From Camelus dromedarius (taxonomy: Eukaryota), in NCBI RefSeq assembly GCF_036321535.1, contig NC_087436.1, forward strand, positions 34,598,001 to 34,662,000: a DNA stretch of 64,000 nucleotides. Reading direction: 5' to 3'. The notes below the pieces were generated by a model, which saw only the letters and a program-made list of their open reading frames with translations, was not told where the DNA came from and searched no databases. Made by a program: the position numbers and the translations under genes. Of this stretch, positions 49,721 through 60,340 are shown one piece after another (the stretch's first letter is position 1; each line of letters opens with the position of its first letter).

Positions 49721-52700
49721 CCTAACCTTATATCACAAAATCCTCTGGGCCATGAAGAAACACAATGAAAAGAAGCAGAATCCTTAAATTACTCCTCGTC
49801 AAATCTTCCAGATGCCAAGAAGTGTAGGTAAGAAACTTGCTCCAAAACTGACCATAAATGCATAGACTGCAGTAGGCAAATTCTCCCAATACCAAGCTTC
49901 TTTGAATGCTGTCCCTTGTAAGCCCTGCCTTTGGTATGACCTGGCATCCTGAATACGTGAATACCCTGCCTTGAGGAAAATTATCTCTAGATGTTACATT
50001 CCTGATGATCTTGATTCTCTCCATCAACGTGCTTCTGATTCTGTACACCCCAAGGAGAAAAAAAAAATGACAGTGTTAAGAAGTGAATTTAGCTGAGAAA
50101 TGGAAAAAAAATTCTTTGATAGTTCAATGATGGTGTACTGGCAGAACAGGGCTTTCTCATATTATCTTTTTTTCTGAAATGAAATCACCTTTGCTAGCAA
50201 CTGTAGAAAGAGGTAATGATAATGTCATTGACATTGACATTTTGACAAGCCTCATCTATTCTTTGTTGAGTAAAGTCATCTTTATCATCAAAAACAAGCT
50301 AAAAGGGCTTGTTTATTTTCTACACAATATCTCATCATATATCATCATCTCATGCTTTCCTTAAAAAGCAAACTTTCATTCTCACAAATGACCTAACATT
50401 CTATAACAAAATTGTGTCTTCAGAAATAACTCTCTATTATAATATAGCATTATATATTTTAGCACTATGTCACTATAGTGATTACATATCATTGTATTAT
50501 AAATTGTATCAATTATCCACACTCTACAAAAGCATATAGCTATGAGTAGACAGCTTATAAATAAAATATGTTTCATTGAATAAAGAAAAGCAACTTTGTG
50601 AGACATATATATATTGACCCACACAACCAGTTAATGACCAGATTGTATGGAAATGTATGTTGTGAGAATTACACAAATGCTCTGTGCAAAAGGATAAAAC
50701 TACTAATTCATATGCGTGTTTCTATCAGGAGGTTGTAGTGTTGCAGGAATCAGAAATCAATGGCAGTGGGATAGGCAGACCGATGGCCTCTGTGTGGAAG
50801 GACAAAGCATTTGCCTTGACAACAAATCAGCGAGAAGTAAAACCAAAAATGACTGAGATTTACCAAGATAGAGTATATGACAAGCTCCCCAGGAAACTAA
50901 CTGCTTATTGAAGATCTGAAATCCATGAGTAGAGATTTGAGGTGATTTAGAAAGATCTATAGCCATAAAGGCAGCTGGAGCTTAAGATCACTGGTGATGA
51001 CATGGCTTAGCCTACTTCCAGCACCTACTGGAGTACAACATGGTCCAAAAGTCATGGACTGGATTCCTTTTTTACTTGACTATGTGTTGGCCTTTGTTAA
51101 CAACTGCGTTATAACTGAAAGGGAGAAGGATCTTTTTTCTTAAAAAAAACTTACAGGAGACACATTTTTCCCTTCCACTGCCAATGATGATAAAAAGACT
51201 ATCTCATACAGACCGTAGCAGAGTCACATCTGTCAGAAGCACCTCTATGACTTGTGATGTTGATGTTCTACTTGCCTTAAAGTCTCATGGGTCAAAAAAG
51301 AAAATCTAACTCAAGCTTGTAAAGTTGGACGATGTGCCCTGTTAAGTCTGGTCCACAGATATTTCATCCAAGTGGTTTGTACTCTTTGTAAATATAGAGC
51401 ATATCTCATAAGGTATCAATTGATAAATCTGTTTAAAGTTTATTGTTAAACATTTCAAATAAAAAAAAATTAAACAGTGAACTGAACATGGCTGTATGGG
51501 ATCAAAAAATCAGTAGAAATGAAAGCATTATTGCCTATACAACAAGGTTGGAGGGCTCTCTCTCACAAGGATTTCATTTGCTTTTTTTGGCCCTAGTAGA
51601 ACTTTGTCTTTAATTCTTTGGACATCAGAAACAGTCAGTATCAACACAAACATTTTTCTCTCAATGGTTGCATAGTGGTTCAGAACAATGGAAATAAATA
51701 TATATACATACATATTTTCTTAACAATCCTCATATAGATTACTTTTCCTAAATTGTTTCTACTGATTCCTAAAATAGAAACAGGTCCTAACATAATGATA
51801 TCTAAAAAGACTTAGAAGCATAAAGAATGTCAAAACGTTTCAGGTATTTTATCTAAGAATTTGGGGGTATAAAAACAGTTTAGAAAAAGCAAAAACAAAA
51901 CCAAAAATAACTGTGAGCAAATCCTTAAAACAAGAAAGTCAAAAATTCACTTTCTTGCTCACTAAAAGCCAAAAAAGCCACTGAAGATGGAACAAAAATA
52001 GGATATTTCTGATTCGTGTCTCTTAGCTATTTTTTAATAATGCATATTTTCCTTGAAAATCAGCTGTAGTTGTTATTTTACTAATATCTATTGGAAATAT
52101 TTTTTATGAAATGCTCATGCCTACTGAGTCATTTCCCCCATTTCGTGGGGCTAATTCCCATATGCTGTAGAAAAGTGTGTATATGCGGACCTGTGTGTGT
52201 CCTTGTGACAGATACAAGGAAAGGGAGAAAGCTACCCCCACCGGTGCCCCACTCCGCTCCTGGAGGACCATCTGGTTAGTGATGATTCGGGAGGTAGTTA
52301 CTTTCCCCGACTCCACATAGTCAAAACTTGTTATTCTTGGGATTGTTTTGGTCTACAAAATATGTGAAATATTTTTAGAATGTGTAATAGTATCAATAGC
52401 ATTGTTATTACTATAATACTGTTATAATAATTACTGAACAGAAATTGTGCTACAGTTTCAAATGAGATATTCAGTGTATGCCTATATTTTAGATGACAAT
52501 CATGATAGAATAAATATACACAGAAAGAGCACTTAAAAAATCCAAGAAGGCATTTTTAAATGACTAATTGAGAGGTGCTATTTTGCTCGGTAGTAAAAGT
52601 CCTGAAGTTTACACATAGCACTGCCTGTATGAGGATCCAAGGAGGACCAGACTTTTAATTCATCAGGCAGTACCTAGGATTAGATATAGCTTTCCAAATG

Positions 52701-54263
52701 AAACCCAAATCCTTCACAAAACATTCTTGGTTTCAGATATCACTAGAAACCACCACACTGTAGGAAGGGTCACTGAGAGGTTTCCTGAGGTTCACAGAAC
52801 TTTAAGCAAACTCAAGATGATTTTTTTCCAAGGACCAATGCCAAGTTTTTAGCCAGGCTTAGTTAAGTTTCATGAGAACTCTGCTGACATGCCAACCCTG
52901 GACCAATTAGTAATTCTGAGGAAACACTGGGCAAAACGTAGAGGCTTCAGCTGAAGTCTTGCTATTTTTCAGGTCTCAAATTGTAAATATCATACAACTG
53001 GCACAAAGATTGCTATAGTAGCCAGAAAGTTGCAATATAAAGTTTACATTTTTTCATTTTCTCTGTAATTGATGACATCTTGGTCAACATTTTCAAGAGA
53101 TCACTAGACATTATCTTCCAAAGATACATTGTTGCTGTATAAACCAATTAAATACAGTGCATTCTCACTAACTGTTCCCAAATGTCTCTCTCCCTTGTAC
53201 AATATCCACAGATACTCTAGACTAAGAAGGAGGAGACCACAGTCCCTGGGACAGGAGCTCAGGCAGCCTGCACAAATGCAAAAAAATTTCTAGAATTCAG
53301 CCCCCTTGGCAGGCAGAGGGCCTGGGGTCATGTGAGTTCAGCCTTTACCCTCAAAGTGGTCAGGCCTCCATCAGGCACCCGTCATCAGTTTTTATAAGTC
53401 TGTCAAAATTCTTGGTGGGTAAAATAAGCACTGATAGATCTACATTAACAAATACAACAAGATTTCTCTTTTTTAAAATAACAATGAAGAACAACGTTCC
53501 AAACTGAATGGCTTTTACCATGATATTTGGCTGACTAATCACAAATACATCAGAGTAAACTATGGTATTTACCTCTTTCCAAGCACTGTTATCCTTTGTC
53601 TTTTTCATTTAGAATAAAAATTAAAGTGGTATAACAAAAAGAATATGAAGATGACAAATTAACCTTTCGGAAGCCTGTTACCGCAACTCAATCATTTGGT
53701 GGATTTCTACTTTCTCTTTTCATTAAACACTTATCATGTAGTTTATAATCATTAGGTCCTCATAATTTTGCTTGAGCACAGGTTCTATTTTCAGAAGACA
53801 TTTTCTTCTACTTTAAAAATTGTTTTTTACTCCTTAAGTATTATTCCAAAGCTAATAAAAATACGCTTTTCACTCACCACAAGTATAATAATTATTCAGA
53901 AATGCTTAAATTGGATTCATTTTTATTTAGTTATGGAGTCATACAAATGCCAGATTATAAAATGTATTGCAGCGTATTAGAGCCCAGGGGCCTCTGAAAT
54001 CAAAGAATTCTATTTGAACCACTTTTAGAGATGAGAACATGGAAGATTCTCTGTGCCTACTTGAATTGAGGTCTCGACTCAGTACGAAATGCTGTCTACC
54101 ATACCATATGAACTGTATTTATTCCTTATCAGTAGCAAAATGCAAAGGGCATTTATTGCATCACGCGTATGTGCAGCTTAGTGGCCAACCTTTAACGTGA
54201 ATGCTCTTATGGTGTTATATGTACGGGTATACACATATATTTCTATTTATATAAAAATATACA

Positions 54264-54596
54264 CAGTTACCCCTTGAACAACACAGGTTTGAACTGCATG
54301 GGTCCACTTATATGGGGACTTTTTTCAATAAATACAGTACCTAGCTTTTCATTTTACAGATCTTTAGATTAAGTTTGGGGAAATTTGTGTTGCATTAGAG
54401 ATCACAATATGTGGAATCAAAAGAACTAGGGTTTGAGTCTCAATTCTATTCAGACTGGTACACCTTCTTATCCTTAGGTGAGTCATTAGTCAGTTCTTTC
54501 ATTTTTGAGGCAGAGACAGCAGTATGTGGATTTTTGACTGAGTAGAGGGTGTGGGTGCCCCCAACCATCCTCCCAAAATTGTTCAAGGATCAATTG
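54264..54596 (+). mobile_element. Tigger2-family MITE (TcMar)
   Basis: 'cagttaccccttgaacaacacaggtttgaactgcatgggtccacttat' ... 'ttgttcaaggatcaattg'; 5' end shared with the element at 34976. Confidence 0.88.
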
Positions 54597-56799
54597 CACT
54601 TATATATTTTATATAAATTGTAAATTTTGTTTTTCTATATTTTTGTTTCACATTTCTGTGAAAGGTAGAAATGTCTTTTCCCTAATAAAATAAAATAAAA
54701 ATTATATTTAAAAATTGTCCAATGTCTAATGAACATCCCCTATACTTATATTTTAATTGTAGACCCAAGTTTGCAAAGGTGATACAAACAGTGAAGACCA
54801 AATCAATCTGGTCCTACTCTAAATGGTCTGTTCTGTTTAAGAGCATCCTACTTAATAATCACATACCATGTCTGGCCAAGTAGCTACTAGTTTAGTTACC
54901 CTGAACTAGGTTTGCAGCAAGAGAATCACTGAAAAGTACAATAAATGCTCTGTGAAGGGGAGCTTTGTTCTAAGACACTGATACTGATTTCCTAAGTGCT
55001 TTGTAGGTGGTAAATTTCCAGCTGAACTGAGTTATTAGAAGGGTATTGTCTGAAAACAATGTAGAAATATCAAGCCCTTGTGTCCATGTGCCTTGGTGAG
55101 AGCACCAAAGATCTTCACTGAGGAGTTTATTTAGGAAAATGATGTGCTTTTTACCCCAGGTCAAACTATCTTCAGCTTATTTAATTTTTTTGTTATTTCA
55201 AAGGTTTTACAATTTTTTATTTATATACGCTATTGAGTGCTATTTTTTGCTCACCTCTGTTTATCAAACAGATATTGGTTAGGACATGTAAGATTTTTCT
55301 TATAATTTGTCTATCTAAAATAACCAATTTGGGAGTATCAACAGGGAATCAAGCTCTTTTATAGGGCACTTCTTGGCATGACTTGCCCTCTCCAAAAGGA
55401 GATGTGGGTATAAAGTGGTGGTGGTGGTGCGGGGTTAGTATTCAGAGGAGAAAGAAGAATTAGCAATGGCTGAATGATAGAAAAATAAACTGGTACATGT
55501 GCTTACTGTCCCCTCTTATAGAACAGCCAATTTAAGAAAGCGTCAACGTTGCCACCTACTTACTCGTGTGGCCCTGGGAAGTCCGTGTTTCCATTGACCA
55601 GTTTAGAGACTGTGAAAGGCCCCCAGCCCTCCTGCAAGCCTAACCCACTGGTTTTAGCTGCATGAAGTCCAAGCATTACAGAGTAGTTCCTCATTAGCTG
55701 GCTTAATCCTTTATTGCTTATTGAAAGACAAATAAATTACCTTGCAAGGGGATACACATTAAACCTTATCGATGCTCTGGGGGTTACCGTGCTTTCCCAA
55801 GAGCCAGACTGAAGCCTCTGCACAGCATGCCAATCAGAGACGCTCCCTCCCGTCCTTGTTATGGGGGACATCAAAACAGACCCAGGCACTGATCATCTGA
55901 TTCAGCCCAGTGATCAGGAAGTCGGCACTATCCATCTACTCTTAGGTTTATCCCTAGAAAAAGTCCTGGTTGTGATCCTTGGATCAGAGCTTTATAATCA
56001 CCTTCAAAGATGAGTTTCTTTGAACAAATGCCACACTATGGATAAATTAAAGATTTAATAAGCAGCTAAATATAAACATTCTAACAAATGTGACCTAACT
56101 TTTGAATAATATCTCCACAATAAGGACTACAATAATATCCTAAGAAAGACGAAGTGCAAAAAGCAAGACAGAGAGAGAATATACTCCTTTCCCACTGGGT
56201 GGGTAACATTTGTATTCCTGACTGTGTAAATTTCCCATCGGTGTCATTTGTTTACTTTCTGAGCAGGAGCTATATTAATGTGTCAGATTTTTTAATATGA
56301 ATGATCTGAATCCTTGTTTTTCACCAGTGTGTCCAACATTTTAAAAGAAGTTCCTCTAGTATTTTAGTGTTGCCTTTATGATTCCTGACTTGGTATCATA
56401 GCTCAAAAATTCTACCTCAAAATTATGAAAAATATTCTTCAAGGTCTTCATTTTTGTGTTTTTAAATGTCTGCTATATGAATTTAAGTCATCTTCAATTT
56501 ATTTTCCTAAGTATAGAGAGAAACTAAATATTCAGCACTATTTCTTGAATATTCCATCTCTTTTCATCACACTCAACTACGATAGGCCTAGAATGTGGAG
56601 AGAGTTTGCAGATAGTTTTTAATATTTATTAAATGTTTTGATTCTCACTAGAATTTAGAAATTTTGTATTTCTAAAACTCCAAAACATTCTTTCTTCTCT
56701 TTTTTTCTGTCAAGCTTTTTTATTTTTACTGATTTTCCATAATCAGTCGTTTCTGTGCCCACTGTGGTCTGTCTTCTACTGTAACATGTTTCATTTACT

Positions 56800-56910
56800 T
56801 TCTTTTTAATTCTTATTTTTTATCAAAGTGTAGTTGATTTACAATGTTAGCTTCATTTGTACAGCAAAGGGATTCAGATATACATATACATACTTTTTTT
56901 TCCAGATTCT
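56800..56910 (-). mobile_element. Short L1 3' UTR fragment
   Basis: 'aagtgtagttgatttacaatgttag...gtacagcaaagggattcagata' matches the other L1 3' ends in the window. Confidence 0.85.
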
Positions 56911-57275
56911 TTTTATCGAAGTTTAGAAACAGCACTGTAATTAGATCCAGCCTAGACTGAGCTTGCTCTGAATTCTGGCTTTTTCATGACTAGCAAAATG
57001 AACTTGAAGAATTACCTAATTTCCTCATCTCTGAAGCTCATCCACTCCACCCATCTCAGACATTTATAAAAATTAAATTACATGGAATAGGCCTCGGTAC
57101 ATATTAGCTACTCAACAAAGATTATCTCCTTCAATTTTCCATTTTCCCTGCATCATTCCTCTCCTTACTGATACAAACTTTGCTCTTTATTCTGAAACGA
57201 CCCTGTCTAATAGAGACAGACTGTTCTCTAATATTTTCAGGGCCCAGGACAAGAACAGAAATGTAGGTGCACACA

Positions 57276-57277
<2 letters not shown>

Positions 57278-57328
<51 letters not shown>

Positions 57329-57329
57329 T
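57278..57329. repeat. (GT)n microsatellite
   Basis: Seen directly. Confidence 0.97.
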
Positions 57330-57568
57330 AGTGTAACAACAAATTTTTAAAATATGTGCAGAGGTGTGTTTTTTATATGATTGAAAATTGACAAAGTATT
57401 GAGTAGTCTAAAATCAATTATTATTGTGCATGTCTGTGTGTTCTGTTGTCAGGTCTGAAATATTTTGATAAGTGAAATAATAAAGACTAACATAATTTGA
57501 ATTAGTATATAGTTATCCCACAAAGTCACTTTTCTTGCCTTCATTTCTAGTAAAATCACCATCTATGA

Positions 57569-57692
57569 GGGGAGAGGGTAGAGCTCAGTGGTAGTGTGTG
57601 TGCTTAGCATGCACAAGGTCCTGGGTTCAATCCCCAGTACCTCCACTAAAAATAAATAAATAAGTAAACAAACCTAATCCCCCCCTAAAAAA
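57569..57692 (+). mobile_element. tRNA-derived SINE (camelid vic-1-like)
   Basis: 'ggggagagggtagagctcagtggtag...gcttagcatgcacaaggtcctgggttcaatccccagtacctcc' with A/B boxes and an A-rich tail. Confidence 0.9.
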
Positions 57693-59716
57693 GCCAAACT
57701 AATTATGCTATTATTAGCAAGGATTGTTTAATATAGCTTGTGTTTTATTGGCAGAAATACCAAATTAGACATTTGTTGGGTGTACTTTTATTAATTAGTT
57801 TATTTATTAATTTCAAAATTTAAAAAAAGATGTGTTCTACTGAGGTAACAGCAATTAGAAATATCAACAAAATTCTTAAATCAATGCTTTGATTCAGGAA
57901 TAAGCTGTGACTTATACAAGTCATGTAAATAGGATTCCAATGATAAATTATTATCATCCCTTGTAAGCTGAAAAATACTTTAACTTCATCATTTAAATTG
58001 CTACTGCTTAGTATCACTAGTTTTACTATCTCTTATAACAATACCTGGATGCAAACAGTACTTCTTAAGTTTTTCTTCTCCAAAATTTTAAAAGCTCAGA
58101 TAATATAAAAAGACAAAAATAGTAATATGTTGCTCAATCACTAATTGTTAACTATATTCAATAGTTATAATATTATTACTAATTACTAATATTGTAATTC
58201 TTAATAATTATATATTAATCCCATGGTAATAATATTATTAATTATTATAAATAGTTATGATTAATAATGATTATTCCTTGAATGATATTGGTTATAATAT
58301 AATGTCTAGAAAAGACACTGGAGATTACTTGTATGTGAATGTTCTCCTTCTTGGTCATGCAAACATTTTAGTTTCCTTATACCAAATTTGTTACATGTTT
58401 TTAATGAAATGTTTGCCTTTGCTGCATATTTTACATGCAGTCTATTTTCACTTAGAGACAACAAAAAATAGTCTAAAACATTTTAAATATTTAATCCCTT
58501 TAAAACTAATGTAGCCAAATTTACATGAGTTTTCCATGGACTTTTAGTAAACTAAAATTATAACAATTCATGCCAAAAAATGTGGTTAATGCATGTTGAA
58601 AATTAATTTTATTTTCTAACAAAAAGCATGACTTCTTTAGTTGAACATCTGTTTTTTCACCTGTTTTCATGCATCTTGTATCTCGGTTGCTATAATTATA
58701 TTTAGATGATATTTCAACCATAAATCCAAAGGTCAAATTTTATATGGGTTTCATTAAGATTTATTTCTTTGAACAGGTCCAGAAAAATATAGATTATAAA
58801 CTTGGAATTATTGCAAAAATACAATCAATTCTGGCACAATTGAGGAAATGTTTTCTAGCAAAAATTCTAACTGTGCACATAAAATGCTCTGGCCCACTGG
58901 CCAAATTTTGGCTTCTATTCTGCTTTATTAACTATGCTAGCATCATTATCATAGGTTTGCTATCAATGACCTTTTACTAAAAAGCTAAAATTTTAATAAA
59001 AAATTTTAAATTAATCAATAATATTAAAAAGCTCTATGAGGCAAAACTATTCTCAATTCTTGCATTTAATATCTATACCAATATACAGAATTGGTATTAT
59101 ACTTTACATTATTGTATATTTGCAAATTTAGTAGAAATATGAACTGTTTAATGATGCAAAATGCACCTCAGTTGCTTATACACACCAGTTTTTCGGTAAC
59201 ACAGATTTGTGAGAGTCTCCAGAACCATTCTTAGATTATAAAGACAAACAAGAAAATAAATATTCAGCACCACTGAGAAAAATAGGTTTTAATATGAGAA
59301 GAAAACTATACCCTGTATGCTATTTCATAGGCCACATTTGACAATTTTATTGATTTTTGTTTTTTCTTACTTAAATAACTTTGGTTTCACTGCTCAAAAA
59401 CCCTCTGGTCTCCAAAGTAGTGTCATTCTCAGAACTGGCGTTGGTACAATCTGAAATCCTTCATGGGATTTAGATACGGTCGCCTTTTGTTTTAAGGATC
59501 TAAGTCAAGAGATTTGGAGAAGTGTTACCATGGGGCTTTTATGGATCTGTTTTACCTGGTCTAAGGGCAGTAATGAATCCAAAAACTACTAATATTATGG
59601 AAACCTTAAGATTGTGTTTAGCTCCGATTTAATTGGAACTCTGCGAAATGGCAACTTACAAAGTAAAGGGCTTATTTCATCACATAAATAGAAGTTCAGG
59701 GGAAGACTGAGCTATT

Positions 59717-59995
59717 TTTTTAATAAACAAATTATTTATTTAATTAACAAATTATGGTGCATTTATTTGAGGGATTATGCAGCAATTTAAACGATGCTTA
59801 CCAAAACGTTTTAATGAAAAGATACCATTATTAAGGGACATATGCAGAAAATAAAATTCACGGTGCTCTAAAATTATACAAGGTATAAAATGATACAGGA
59901 AAAACAAATGAGGGGCATGAGGAGGGCCGTGTCCCAGGTTTCGGTGGAGCCTCTGGGACGTGCGCCGCCAGATGTGGGTCCTTGGCTCCACGCAG
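59717..59995 (-). other. Orphan polyadenylated retro-insertion of unknown source
   Basis: Flanking direct repeats agactgagctatt (59704-59716) and agacccagctatt (59996-60008); T tract at left; AATAAA signals on the minus strand near the tail. Confidence 0.55.
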
Positions 59996-60183
59996 AGACC
60001 CAGCTATTAAAAGATATTTTAAAAAAACAATCTCCCCTTTATCGTTTTGCTTTTCTCTTATGTGTGCCTCTTCTAATGGCTGCAAGATGACTATTAATCC
60101 TCCAAGTATTACATTCACATTCTAAGCAATAAGAATAAGCAACGAGGAGGAAAAGACAGAAGAGATGAGAAAAGAAAAACTAT

Positions 60184-60340
60184 GGGAAAATGTATCGCTC
60201 AAGTGGTAGAGCGCATGCTCAGCACGCAAGAGGTCCTGGGTTCAATCCCTGGTACCTCCTCCAAGCAGAAATCAATGAGGAAACCTAATTACCTCCCCTT
60301 CAGAAAACTATAAAAATAAAATACTTAAAAAGAAAAGAAA
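60184..60340 (+). mobile_element. tRNA-derived SINE (camelid vic-1-like) with 16-bp TSD
   Basis: 'gctcaagtggtagagcgcatgctcagcacgcaagaggtcctgggttcaatccctggtacctcc'; TSD agaaaagaaaaactat at 60168-60183 and 60341-60356. Confidence 0.92.

Larger units (their letters stand above)
57218..59600 (-). mobile_element. Decayed hAT-superfamily (probably Tip100-like) transposase fossil
   Basis: ORF 57820..58017(-) ends 'LRILLIFLIAVTSVEHIFF', resembling the hAT C-terminal dimerisation motif (LRILLTIPVTxASxERSFS); long AT-rich body. Extent uncertain. Confidence 0.55.

Noticed and set aside
49728..50048. 106-aa minus-strand ORF after a polypyrimidine tract
   Set aside because: Non-ATG start, no recognisable homology, no linked exons.
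57569..57645. tRNA-Ala-like sequence (also 60184-60262)
   Set aside because: A-rich tails, TSD and divergence identify SINEs rather than tRNA genes.
59960..59978. CTCF-like 'gcgccgccagatgtgg'; partial matches also at ~13594 and ~55549
   Set aside because: Key core positions mismatch, so not supportable without a PWM score.
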